Below are positions 27,670 through 36,959 of a DNA stretch of 64,000 nucleotides, piece by piece. Below the pieces are notes generated by a model. The model saw only the letters and a program-made list of their open reading frames with translations. It ran no database searches and had not been told where the DNA came from. Made by a program: the position numbers and the translations under genes. The DNA is from an uncultured Planctomycetaceae bacterium (lineage in GTDB: Bacteria; Planctomycetota; Phycisphaerae; SM23-33): contig CAZSLS010000003.1 in the NCBI GenBank assembly GCA_964607575.1, positions 10,887 to 74,886 on the forward strand, given 5' to 3'. Positions within the stretch are counted from its first letter, which is position 1. Every line of letters begins with the position of its first letter.

Positions 27670-28452
27670 GTGAAACGCAGAATCGCGATACTGTTGATTG
27701 TGGCCCTGGCAGCGGTTGTATTGCCCTGCGTATCGGGCTGCCGGCGCGATGAGTCGGCAGGCAAGGCGGTCAAGCTCTACGCCGGCGCCGGTATGCGGAA
27801 GGGCGTTGACGAACTGATCAAGGCCTTCAGCGAGCAGTCCGGCGTCCGGATCGACGTGGAGTATGGCGGCAGCGGTCCGATGATGAGCCGCGCCAAGATC
27901 GCCGGGGACGGCGACCTGTTCATGCCCGGCGACGTCGGTTGGGTCGACCAACTGCACGCCAGTGCGGGGATCGTTGAAGACAAGAAGCTCGTTGCGTACT
28001 TCGTGCCCGTTATTATCGTACGCAAAGGGAATCCCGAGAAGATACTCAAACTCGAGGACTTCTTCCGCCCGGGATTGACGATTGCCCTGGGCAACGAGTA
28101 CTGCCAGGTCGGAAAGGCCAGCAAAAAGATACTCGAGAAGAACGGTCTGGATATCAAGGACATCGAACCCAAACGCCTGATGCGGTCCAAGACGGTAAAT
28201 GAACTGGGTCTGTTCGTGAAGACCAGGCGAGCCGATGCGGCGATTGTCTGGGACGCAATAGCGATCAACAATTCAGACGCGTTGGATATGATCGAGATTC
28301 CGCTGGAACGGAATCGGATATCCCAGGTTGTTGTCGGAATGCTGAGCACCGGTCGCCACAAAGACGATGCCCGTAAATTCGTGGACTTCATAGTCGGCGA
28401 CGCCGGGCAGGAGATATTGAAGCAGCACGGATACCGCACCAGCAAACCCTAG
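27670..28452 (+). CDS. Second periplasmic substrate-binding lipoprotein, ModA-like
   Basis: GTG start, lipobox VSGC. KLYAGAGMRKGVDELIKAFSEQSGVRIDVEYGGSGPMMSRA...DLFMPGD. Confidence 0.65.
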   Translation: MKRRIAILLIVALAAVVLPCVSGCRRDESAGKAVKLYAGAGMRKGVDELIKAFSEQSGVRIDVEYGGSGPMMSRAKIAGDGDLFMPGDVGWVDQLHASAGIVEDKKLVAYFVPVIIVRKGNPEKILKLEDFFRPGLTIALGNEYCQVGKASKKILEKNGLDIKDIEPKRLMRSKTVNELGLFVKTRRADAAIVWDAIAINNSDALDMIEIPLERNRISQVVVGMLSTGRHKDDARKFVDFIVGDAGQEILKQHGYRTSKP

Positions 28453-28480
28453 CCGTTATGGCTGAGGCAAGGAACAGAGA

Positions 28481-29329
28481 TTGAAGGCAGGCCCAAAGAC
28501 AACCCCCGAATTCCCCCCTCTGGCTGGGCGGCGCACCAGCGCGCTGAGTGTCATATCACTGTCTTTTCTGTCACTGTTCGTGGTAATCGTTCTGGGGTTG
28601 ATCGCCACCGGTCTGCGATACGAGTACCTCTCGTTCGAGACATTCAGAGAGATCATCCTGCGACCGGACGTCCTGGCCGCGATACAGTTGAGCATTATCA
28701 GTTCACTGATTACGCTCGTGCTGGTAGTGATATTCGCCGTACCGATCGGTTACGCCCTGAGCCGTTACCGTTTCCCCGGTCATGCGATTGTTGATACCAT
28801 TACCGACATCCCCATCCTCCTGCCGCCCGTGGTGATAGGCCTCCTTCTCTTGATATTCTTCGCCTATCAACCGGGCAAGCAGATCGAGGACACGATCGAA
28901 TGGTTGACCGGGTCGACGATGCATTCGTTGATCGGAATCGTGTTGTGTCAGTTTCTGGTGTCGATCTCGTACGCCATCAGGTCCGCCAAGGCCGCCTTCG
29001 ATTCGGTCGACAGACGCTTGGAGCAGGTCGCGATGTCGTTGGGCTGCACGGATTTCCAGGCATTTCATCGTGTGACGCTACCACTGGCGAGGAACGGTAT
29101 TGTAGCCGGGTCGATCATGGCGTGGGCTCGTGCGGTAGGAGTTTTCGGTCCGCTGGTGGTTTTCGTAGGCACGTCCGTCAGTGTCCGCGTAATGCCAACC
29201 CTGATTTATCTCGAACTGAGCATTGGTAAGGAGGAAGTTGCGCTGGCGGTGGGTATAGTTATGGTCGCCATGGCATCGGTAGCCCTGGCGATAGTTCACT
29301 GGTTGGCGCCGGGAAGGAAGTGGCACTAA
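28481..29329 (+). CDS. ABC transporter permease (ModB/CysTW family)
   Basis: TTG start with AAGGAA 6 nt upstream; no in-frame ATG occurs near the N-terminus. EAA-loop-like EQVAMSLGCTDFQAFHRVTLPLARNG. Six hydrophobic segments. Confidence 0.75.
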   Translation: MKAGPKTTPEFPPLAGRRTSALSVISLSFLSLFVVIVLGLIATGLRYEYLSFETFREIILRPDVLAAIQLSIISSLITLVLVVIFAVPIGYALSRYRFPGHAIVDTITDIPILLPPVVIGLLLLIFFAYQPGKQIEDTIEWLTGSTMHSLIGIVLCQFLVSISYAIRSAKAAFDSVDRRLEQVAMSLGCTDFQAFHRVTLPLARNGIVAGSIMAWARAVGVFGPLVVFVGTSVSVRVMPTLIYLELSIGKEEVALAVGIVMVAMASVALAIVHWLAPGRKWH

Positions 29330-29331
29330 GA

Positions 29332-30054
29332 ATGCTTGAAGTGCAGAATCTCGGATTTCGCGTTGGCAGTTTTGCACTGTGCAACGTCTGTCTGCACGTG
29401 AAGCCCCGTGAGTACTTCGTACTCATGGGCGCAACCGGTTCGGGCAAGAGCTTGCTGATAAAGTCGATCTGCGGGCTGGCGCGTGCTGCGGCAGGGCGGA
29501 TAACGATTGCTGGACGCGATGTAACCGATCTGCCCCCACGCCTGCGGGGCGTGGGCTACGTGCCCCAGGACTCCTGCCTCATGCCCCACTTGAGCGTTCT
29601 GCGGAATGTCACCTTTGCGCTGGAAGTAGCGGGGCAGTCGAAGAAGAACGCGACCGGGGAAATCGGGTCGATTGTGGAATCTCTCGGTATCGCCGGTCTG
29701 TTGAACCGTTCGACAGTGAATCTCAGCGGTGGCGAGAGGCAGAAAGTTGCGCTGGCAAGGGCGCTGGCGAGCAAACCGAAGCTTCTTCTGCTCGATGAGC
29801 CCGTAAGTGCGCTGGACGAACCCACACGCCGCGAAATCTGCACCGTGCTCCGCAGGGTGCAAAGAGAATTCGGCGTGGCGACGATCCACGTATGTCACAG
29901 CCGCACCGAAGCCGCTGCCGTCCATGACCGCGTGGGGGTGATGTCGCAAGGGAGGCTCGTCCAGAGCGGTACGCTGGACGAGTTGACTGACGATCCCGCC
30001 GACGATGCCGTACGGAGGTTGCTTTGCCCGCCTGACGATAAAACGATACAATAG
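29332..30054 (+). CDS. ABC transporter ATP-binding protein, short ModC-like form without a C-terminal TOBE/Mop domain
   Basis: Walker A GATGSGKS, signature LSGGERQKVALARAL, Walker B LLLLDEP. About 240 aa. Confidence 0.85.
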   Translation: MLEVQNLGFRVGSFALCNVCLHVKPREYFVLMGATGSGKSLLIKSICGLARAAAGRITIAGRDVTDLPPRLRGVGYVPQDSCLMPHLSVLRNVTFALEVAGQSKKNATGEIGSIVESLGIAGLLNRSTVNLSGGERQKVALARALASKPKLLLLDEPVSALDEPTRREICTVLRRVQREFGVATIHVCHSRTEAAAVHDRVGVMSQGRLVQSGTLDELTDDPADDAVRRLLCPPDDKTIQ

Positions 30055-30076
30055 ATACTAACCCGGAGCTTAACGC

Positions 30077-33000
30077 ATGCCAAAAAGATCTCAAACGTAT
30101 GTTTCGTATATCATCTGCCTGACGGTCCTGGCGATGGCGACCGCGCCCGCCAGCGGGGGCGACTGGCCTCAGCAGAGGTACAACAACGCCAAAACCGCCG
30201 TCGTCCCCAAGGCGCCGCCGAGCGATTTGAAGCTGATGTGGGTCCGTCAACTCGCAACGCCGAAATCCGCCTGGCCGCCCAGCCAGGATCGCCTGCAGTT
30301 CGACACGTCCTACCACCCGATCGTCGCGGGCAAGCTCATGTTTGTCGGATCGATGATCACCGACAGCGTCACCGCATTCGATACGCGGACCGGGGCGGTC
30401 AAATGGCGGTTCTACACCTCCGGACCGGTGCGGTTTGCGCCGATGGCTTACAAGGGCAAGTTATACGTTACATCCGATGACGGATACCTCTACTGCCTGG
30501 GCGCCGCCGACGGCAAGTTGAACTGGAAGTTCCGCGGCGGTCCGGGCGATCGCAGGGTTATCGGAAACGATCGCCTGACGGGTATGTGGCCCGCGCGGGG
30601 CAGCGCGATGGTCTTCGAGGGCAAGGTCTACTTCGGTGCGGGGATCTGGCCGTTCATGGGTACGTTCGTACACTGCCTCGATGCCGAAACGGGCAAGGTC
30701 ATATGGACAAAGAGCGGTACGGAGTGGAAGAGCCTGCCACACGGCGGGGCGACCTCGTTTTCATCGCTTGCGCCGCAGGGGTATCTGGCGATCTCGGAAG
30801 ATTGGCTTTATGTTCCGTGCGGTCGGGCCGTACCGGCGGTGTTCGAGCGAAAGACCGGGAAGCTCGTCTATTTCCACCAGTCCTCCGGTAAGAAAGGGGG
30901 CGGGTGCTACGTGACGATCTTCGGTAATTACTTCTGGGTTCCGGGTTTCATTTCTAAGAAGAAACACAAGAACGGTAAGAAAGACGGAAAAGGCATGCTG
31001 GGCGCCCCGCGCGACGGCGTGTTTGCCCAAGAGGCTGTGTACCGCGCCTCGGAGAACAGGCTCTGGGTCCTCGATACCGAACCGGAAAAAATCACCCGCT
31101 ACGCCATCGAGTATGGAAGGAAGAAGAGAATAACCGAGCTGATCTTGAAACCGAAGCACATCATTCTGCTCAAGCCCGCGATCGCGAAGGTGTTCTTCAA
31201 AGCGGGCGATTTCCTCTACGGATCGGCGAACGATCAGACGGTGGTGGCGATAGACGTCTCGAAGAACGACAAACCGAAGATCACATGGCAGGGCAAGGTC
31301 GACGGGGAAGTGTGGACCATGATCACCGGCGACGACAAGGTCTTCGCCGTCACGCTGTCGGGCAGTATCTACTGTTTCGGCGCGGGGACCGACAAGCCGC
31401 TGAAATACGAGCTGGAAGCTCCCGCGGAGACGAAAGAAAACGCAAAATGGGCCTCGGGCGTCAAGAAGGCGATAGAGGCCGCAGCTACCGATGAGGGCTA
31501 CTGCGTGCAGTTGGGGCTCGCCGGCGGCGGGATGGTTGACGAACTCGTCAGGCAGTCGAAGTTCCACATCGCGGTCGTCGACAGTGACGCCGCCAAGATC
31601 GATTCGCTGCGTCGCAGAATGGATGCCGCGGGCCTGTATGGGCGGAGGGTTGTAGCATTCGTCGGCGACCCGGCGACGTTCGAGTTTCCCCAGTACCTCG
31701 CGAATCTGATTATCTCGCCGTCGGCCAAACTGGCGGGCGCCTGCAAAGAGGGCAGCCGACCGGCAGCGACGCTTCGCCCGTACGGCGGGGTGATCTGCAT
31801 CGCCGACGGTGGAGATATGAAAGTCGTGCTGAATCGCCGGGGCGCATTACCCGGAAGCGGGACCTGGACTCACCAGTACGGCGATTCGGCCAGGACCGTG
31901 CTGTCGAAAGACCGCGCAGTGAAGCTGCCGCTGGGGCTCCTGTGGTTCGGCGGTCCGTCGAACGATGCGATCCTTCCGCGACATGGACACGGACCCTCGC
32001 CGCAGGTGGTTGGCGGAAGGTTGTTCATCGAGGGACGCCACATGATGCGGGCGGTGGACGTGTATACCGGGCGGCTTCTCTGGCAGCGAGAGATCGATGA
32101 TCTCGGACGTTTTTACGATAACACCCTGCACCATCCCGGCGCCGGTCAGATTGGCAGCAACTACGTTTCGCTGGCTGACGGTATATACGTCATGACGCCC
32201 AAATCCTGCCAGGTGCTCGATCCGGTCGACGGGAAAACCCTGCGCACGCTTACCCTGCCCAACCAGGACGGTTCCAAGGCCAAGTGGGGCTGGATGACGG
32301 TCTGGGACGATCTGCTGCTGGCCGCGGCCAAACCGATCCACGTCCAGGCGCCCAAACTGAAACGAGGCGAGAAGTATCCGAAAGTCGTGCTCGGGAAGGC
32401 CTTCGAAAATATCCTCGGCGTGGAAATCAACGCGACCTACGCGTCGGCTTCCAAGAAACTGGTCGTGATGGACCGCAAGAGCGGAAAGGTGCTCTGGTCG
32501 CGCGACGCGGTGTCTAACTTCCGCCACAACGCCATTGTACTCGCCGGCGACAAAGTGTTCTGCATCGATGCAATGAGTCGCGGAAAACTCGGATGGATCA
32601 AGCGCCGCGGGCTCAAACTCGAGCGACCGGCCACACTGTACGCCCTCGACGCGCGAACGGGCAAGGTCATCTGGAAGACCGATGAAGATGTATTCGGCAC
32701 GTGGTTGGCGTATTCGGCGGAGCATGACGTGCTGGTGCAATGCGGCAGCGCATACCGCGACCGTGCGTTTGACGATGTCGGTAAGGGGATAACGGTCTAC
32801 CGGGCCAAGAGCGGAAAGGTGGTATGGACGGACCTGAAGATATCCTACGGCGGTCCGCTGATCCTCTACCACGATCGGCTTATCACAAACGGTTCCCGCG
32901 GATACGGTCTGGAGTTGATGACCGGCAGGAAGACGGGCTGGAAATGGTCGCGAACGTACGGTTGCAATACCGCCATCGCCTCGGAGAACCTGCTCACGTT

Positions 33001-33811
33001 CCGCTCGGGTGCGGCGGGATACTACGACCTTACGAACGAAAGCGGTACGGGCAATTTCGGCGGGTTCAAGTCGAGTTGCACCGCTAATTTGATAGTGGCA
33101 GACGGCGTACTCAACGCGCCGGACTACACGCGCACGTGTACGTGCAGCTACCAGAACCAGAGTTCCCTCGCGCTGGTCCACATGCCGGAAGTTGAAACGT
33201 GGACCTACGCGAGTGTGTTCAAGCCCGGTAGCAATATTGGCCTGAACTTCGGGGCGCCCGGAAACCGCCTGACCGGCGATGGAACGTTCTGGAAGAATGT
33301 GTCGGCGAGAGGTTTCAGGAAACCCAAACCGCCGGCGAAACCCAAGCCGACAACGAAGCCCGTGGAACCCACGGTCCTCTTCGAGCCTCCCGTCGGCGTA
33401 AAGATCAAGGGTAAGAAGCCGGAAAAGGATGAAAAGGAAGAAAAGGAAGAGTGCTTCAACCACCACTCTTCGGTCTTCACCGGCTCGCCCCACGCCTGGG
33501 TGGGTGCATCGGGACTCGTCGGAGCAGCGAGTATTATCATAGACACCGACATCTCGCCCGTTGCGGTGCGTTTGTACTTTGCAGAGCCCGACGCCTCAAC
33601 CAAACCCGGCGGGAGAGTTTTTACCGTGTCGATTGACGGTAAGGAAGTGTTGAAAGACTTCGACATCGTAGCCGCCGCCGGCGGGCCGAAAAAAGTGATC
33701 GCAAAAGAGTTTAAATATTCAAAAACCGACAAGCCGATCGAAATAACACTCAAAGCCGCGTCGGGTAAAACGCTGCTGTGCGGTGTTGAACTGCTGGTCG
33801 AGAAAAAGTAG
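30077..33811 (+). CDS. Giant secreted PQQ-like beta-propeller protein with a methyltransferase-like insert and a C-terminal malectin-like domain
   Basis: Propeller blades: VTAFDTRTGAVKWRF, LYCLGAADGKLNWKF, VHCLDAETGKVIWT, MRAVDVYTGRLLWQ, LVVMDRKSGKVLWS, LYALDARTGKVIWK. Rossmann-like insert CVQLGLAGGGMVDEL...IAVVDSD. KPKPPAKPKPTTKP / EKDEKEEKEE linker. VRLYFAEPD...GGRVFTVSIDGKEVLKDFDIVAAAGG is malectin-like. Confidence 0.7.
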   Translation: MPKRSQTYVSYIICLTVLAMATAPASGGDWPQQRYNNAKTAVVPKAPPSDLKLMWVRQLATPKSAWPPSQDRLQFDTSYHPIVAGKLMFVGSMITDSVTAFDTRTGAVKWRFYTSGPVRFAPMAYKGKLYVTSDDGYLYCLGAADGKLNWKFRGGPGDRRVIGNDRLTGMWPARGSAMVFEGKVYFGAGIWPFMGTFVHCLDAETGKVIWTKSGTEWKSLPHGGATSFSSLAPQGYLAISEDWLYVPCGRAVPAVFERKTGKLVYFHQSSGKKGGGCYVTIFGNYFWVPGFISKKKHKNGKKDGKGMLGAPRDGVFAQEAVYRASENRLWVLDTEPEKITRYAIEYGRKKRITELILKPKHIILLKPAIAKVFFKAGDFLYGSANDQTVVAIDVSKNDKPKITWQGKVDGEVWTMITGDDKVFAVTLSGSIYCFGAGTDKPLKYELEAPAETKENAKWASGVKKAIEAAATDEGYCVQLGLAGGGMVDELVRQSKFHIAVVDSDAAKIDSLRRRMDAAGLYGRRVVAFVGDPATFEFPQYLANLIISPSAKLAGACKEGSRPAATLRPYGGVICIADGGDMKVVLNRRGALPGSGTWTHQYGDSARTVLSKDRAVKLPLGLLWFGGPSNDAILPRHGHGPSPQVVGGRLFIEGRHMMRAVDVYTGRLLWQREIDDLGRFYDNTLHHPGAGQIGSNYVSLADGIYVMTPKSCQVLDPVDGKTLRTLTLPNQDGSKAKWGWMTVWDDLLLAAAKPIHVQAPKLKRGEKYPKVVLGKAFENILGVEINATYASASKKLVVMDRKSGKVLWSRDAVSNFRHNAIVLAGDKVFCIDAMSRGKLGWIKRRGLKLERPATLYALDARTGKVIWKTDEDVFGTWLAYSAEHDVLVQCGSAYRDRAFDDVGKGITVYRAKSGKVVWTDLKISYGGPLILYHDRLITNGSRGYGLELMTGRKTGWKWSRTYGCNTAIASENLLTFRSGAAGYYDLTNESGTGNFGGFKSSCTANLIVADGVLNAPDYTRTCTCSYQNQSSLALVHMPEVETWTYASVFKPGSNIGLNFGAPGNRLTGDGTFWKNVSARGFRKPKPPAKPKPTTKPVEPTVLFEPPVGVKIKGKKPEKDEKEEKEECFNHHSSVFTGSPHAWVGASGLVGAASIIIDTDISPVAVRLYFAEPDASTKPGGRVFTVSIDGKEVLKDFDIVAAAGGPKKVIAKEFKYSKTDKPIEITLKAASGKTLLCGVELLVEKK

Positions 33812-33834
33812 TTCAGGCCCGCGGGCAACCACGA

Positions 33835-35382
33835 ATGAGAGATAACATGACCAGACAAATTACACTGTCACTGATAGCCTGCGCGTGCGGAATCGCGGGG
33901 GTCGCTTCGCCCCTCCCCGCCGGCGACCAGCCCCAGTGGGGTCAAAAGCACACGCGAAACATGATCTCCGACGAGAAGGGCATCGCCGACAACTTCACCG
34001 GCGTCGAGAACGCCAAAGGCGTCAAGTGGACCGCCCGTCTGGGATCGATAACCTACGCCAGTCCGGTAGTGGCTGAGGGCAAGATACTGATCGGGACCAA
34101 TAACCGCCATCCGCGCGACGATCGCCACCAGGGCGACCGCGGCGTGTTGATGTGCTTTAACGAAGCCGACGGGAAGTACCTCTGGCAACTGGTCGTGCCC
34201 AAGCTCAAATCCGTCAGGTACGGCGATTGGCATTACTGCGGAATATCGTCGTCTCCGGTCGTGGCGGACTCCCGGGTATACGTCACGTCCAATCGGTGCG
34301 AGGTGCTCTGTCTCGATATCAACGGGCTGGCCGATGGAAACGCCGGACCGTATCGCGACGAAGGGCAGCACATGGTCGCGCCCGGGAAAGAAGCCCTCAA
34401 GCCGCTGAAGACCGACGCCGACATCATCTGGCGGTTCGACATGAAGGCCGCTCCCGTCGGCGCTGTTCCCCACAATGCAACAAACTGCTCGATTCTCGTC
34501 GACGGCGATCTGCTGTACGTATCGACGGCCAACGGCGTGGACTGGAAGCACGTAAACGTAGCCAATCCCAGGGCGCCCAGCATCATCGTTCTCAACAAGA
34601 AGTCGGGCAAGCTGGTCGCTGTCGATAACGCCAATATCGGCCCGGATATCTTCCACGGTCAGTGGTCGTCGGCGACGCTGGGCAAGGTGGGCAAGAAAAA
34701 GCAGATATTCTTCGGCGGCGGCGATGGTTTGTGCTACGGGTTCGAGGCCCTCGACCCCTCGCTGGACACCGGCGGGAATACGCTCAAGAAGCTCTGGAAA
34801 TTCACCTGCGACACCACCGCCCGCAAGGTCGAAGGCGGGGCGAGCAGCTATCCCAAAGCGCCCGACAGCCCCACGGTTATCGTCTCCATGCCCGTGTTCT
34901 ACAAGAATCGCGTGTATGTAGCCGCCGGGGGCGACCCGTGGCACGGTAAGCGCCTCGGCGGGCTGTACTGCATCGACGCCACGAAGACCGGCGACATCAC
35001 AAAATCCGGCCGCATATGGTCTTACATGGGCCTGGGGCAGTCAATTGCCACCGTTTCCATCAAGGATGGGCTGGTATACATCGCCAGCTACGGTGGGCTA
35101 ATACACTGCCTCGACGCCGAAACCGGCAAGCTGTATTGGAAGCACGATACCAGCGGGGAGATATACGGGTCCACGATGGTGGTTGACGGAAAGGTCTACG
35201 TCGGAACCGGTGTAAGGCGCAGAGGCGAACTGTGGATACTGGCGGCCGGGAAGAAGAAGAAGGTAATCAGGCAGATTCGCCTCGACGCGGTGATTCACTC
35301 GACACCGACAGTCGCCAACGGCAGGCTCTACGTCGCCACGGGCGAAACTCTCTACGTGGTGGAAGGCAAGAAGGGCAAGTAG
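33835..35382 (+). CDS. Secreted PQQ-like beta-propeller repeat protein
   Basis: Signal-like TRQITLSLIACACGIAGVASP (an alternative ATG is at 33847). Blades: VLMCFNEADGKYLWQ, LIHCLDAETGKLYWKH, NGRLYVATGETLYVV. Confidence 0.75.
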   Translation: MRDNMTRQITLSLIACACGIAGVASPLPAGDQPQWGQKHTRNMISDEKGIADNFTGVENAKGVKWTARLGSITYASPVVAEGKILIGTNNRHPRDDRHQGDRGVLMCFNEADGKYLWQLVVPKLKSVRYGDWHYCGISSSPVVADSRVYVTSNRCEVLCLDINGLADGNAGPYRDEGQHMVAPGKEALKPLKTDADIIWRFDMKAAPVGAVPHNATNCSILVDGDLLYVSTANGVDWKHVNVANPRAPSIIVLNKKSGKLVAVDNANIGPDIFHGQWSSATLGKVGKKKQIFFGGGDGLCYGFEALDPSLDTGGNTLKKLWKFTCDTTARKVEGGASSYPKAPDSPTVIVSMPVFYKNRVYVAAGGDPWHGKRLGGLYCIDATKTGDITKSGRIWSYMGLGQSIATVSIKDGLVYIASYGGLIHCLDAETGKLYWKHDTSGEIYGSTMVVDGKVYVGTGVRRRGELWILAAGKKKKVIRQIRLDAVIHSTPTVANGRLYVATGETLYVVEGKKGK

Positions 35383-35385
35383 CGG

Positions 35386-36702
35386 TTACGCGGGCGTCCA
35401 TACGCCGGCGATTCGCGTATCGCAAAACTTGCAGGCGCCCTTGTCGATATTGACCTGTTCAACCGTGTACCCAATGCGCTGGACGACTGTTTTCTCGCAC
35501 TTGGGGCACAAGGTTGTTTCGGCGTCTTTTACCCCGCCGACATTACCGATGTACGGATATCGCAGCCCGGCGCGTCTTGCTATCTCGCGAGCTTCGAGCA
35601 GTGTCTTGATCGGTGTCGGGGGCAGGTGCTTCAACAGGTGGCGGGGTGAGAAGCGGCTGAAGTGGATCGGATAGTCGGGCCCGATATTATCGACGAGCCA
35701 TTTGCACATGTCAGCCATGACGCGCAAATCGTCGGTGTATGTGGGCACGACGAGATTGGTGACCTCGAACCACACGCCGCGATCCTTCAGCGTCTTGAGA
35801 GTATCCAGGATCGGCTGGAGCTTACCCGAGTTGAGCTTCTGGTAGATCGCCGCGTCGAAGCCCTTGAGGTCAACGTTGGCTGCGTCGATGACTTCGCAGA
35901 GTTCTTTCAGAGGATCGGGGTTGATGTACCCGCACGTGACCCATACGTTTCGGATGCCCCGAGCCTTGGCGAGCTTTGCCGTATCGTACATGTACTCGTA
36001 GAAGACTGTGGGCTCGGAGTAAGTATACGCCAGCGACGCACAGTTCATACGTTCTGCCAGCGACACCGCGTCGGCGGGCAGCAGGCTCAGGCGGTCCTTC
36101 ACTCCCGGGCGGTTAAGCATGCCGAGCGTCGTGGTCCTCAGGCGGAACTCCTCGCCCCGCGGGTCTTTGAGTTCTTCGGGCTTGCGCTGCGATATATCCC
36201 AGTTCTGGCAGTTCAGGCACCTGAATCCGCACCCGGAAGTCGCCAGTGAAAATGTCTTGCTGGCGGGCAGGAAGTGGAAGAGCGGTTTCTTCTCGATGGG
36301 GTCCAGACCGAACGAACAGGGGTTCGCGTAGACCAGCGTGTACATCTTACCGTCCTTGTTGATGCGGTTCCTGCATCGCCCGCGGTCTTCGGGCTCGAGG
36401 AGGCAGTCATTGGGGCAGAGCAGACACTGGACGTTCGGGCCGAGTTTGCGATAGTGGCGAGCCTCTTTGGTCCAGCGGCGTCCCTGCCACTGAGCCCACA
36501 GCTCACCGGAAGGCGCATCTTTCTTGAATACACTGGCTGCCGAAGCCGCCGCGCGCCGCATCACGTGCCACGTCGCCGCGCACACGCCGGACACCGACGC
36601 CAGGGCGATCGCTCCGTACTTCAGGACGCTCCTGCGCGATATTCCCGCGGTTTTCGCGGCCGGTGCGGTCACTTCTTCGTTCGTCTGCCGATCCATCCCC
36701 AC
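35386..36702 (-). CDS. AmmeMemoRadiSam-system radical SAM enzyme with a twin-arginine-type N-terminus
   Basis: GCGFRCLNCQNW (CxxxCxxC), an upstream Cys cluster CLLCPNDCLLEPEDRGRCRNR, and PFL-activase-like overall order. The N-terminus has ISRRSVLKYGAIALASVSGVCAA. Its stop lies 3 nt from the stop of the convergent gene. Confidence 0.85.
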   Translation of the reverse strand: MGMDRQTNEEVTAPAAKTAGISRRSVLKYGAIALASVSGVCAATWHVMRRAAASAASVFKKDAPSGELWAQWQGRRWTKEARHYRKLGPNVQCLLCPNDCLLEPEDRGRCRNRINKDGKMYTLVYANPCSFGLDPIEKKPLFHFLPASKTFSLATSGCGFRCLNCQNWDISQRKPEELKDPRGEEFRLRTTTLGMLNRPGVKDRLSLLPADAVSLAERMNCASLAYTYSEPTVFYEYMYDTAKLAKARGIRNVWVTCGYINPDPLKELCEVIDAANVDLKGFDAAIYQKLNSGKLQPILDTLKTLKDRGVWFEVTNLVVPTYTDDLRVMADMCKWLVDNIGPDYPIHFSRFSPRHLLKHLPPTPIKTLLEAREIARRAGLRYPYIGNVGGVKDAETTLCPKCEKTVVQRIGYTVEQVNIDKGACKFCDTRIAGVWTPA

Positions 36703-36959
36703 CTCCTCATGGCCATGTAAGTGCTGGCCGCCGCGTGCACGAGAACCAACCCCGCCAGCGGCCAGACGAATGTCTGGTGTATCGCCAAGGCGGTGTCGCT
36801 GTCCAGCAGTTTCTCAAAACTCCACGTTCCGCTCATCGCAAAACCGCTCACAATACATAATAGCGTCAATAACAGCAGGAACCACCCGGATATTCGGATA
36901 GTTTTGATCATGTAGAAGTTCAGTGTCTTCCTGGCCATTTCAAGCTCTCTTGCAGTCAT
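36669..36959 (-). CDS. Small two-helix membrane protein with conserved-looking His residues, unknown function
   Basis: The ATG at 36959 overlaps the upstream stop (ATGA at 36956-36959). Helices ISGWFLLLLTLLCIVSGFAM and ALAIHQTFVWPLAGLVLVHAAA. The 3' end overlaps the radical SAM start by 34 nt. Confidence 0.5.
   Translation of the reverse strand: MTARELEMARKTLNFYMIKTIRISGWFLLLLTLLCIVSGFAMSGTWSFEKLLDSDTALAIHQTFVWPLAGLVLVHAAASTYMAMRRWGWIGRRTKK

Noticed and set aside
24679-27957. Minus-strand ORFs of 328, 358 and 432 aa (24679-25665, 25494-26570, 26659-27957)
   Set aside because: They are antisense to the FtsX, ATPase and binding-protein genes, which carry Walker, signature and lipobox motifs. 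The antisense translations have none.
31847-33493. 548-aa minus-strand ORF
   Set aside because: It is antisense to the PQQ/malectin giant gene, with a low-complexity Arg-rich translation.
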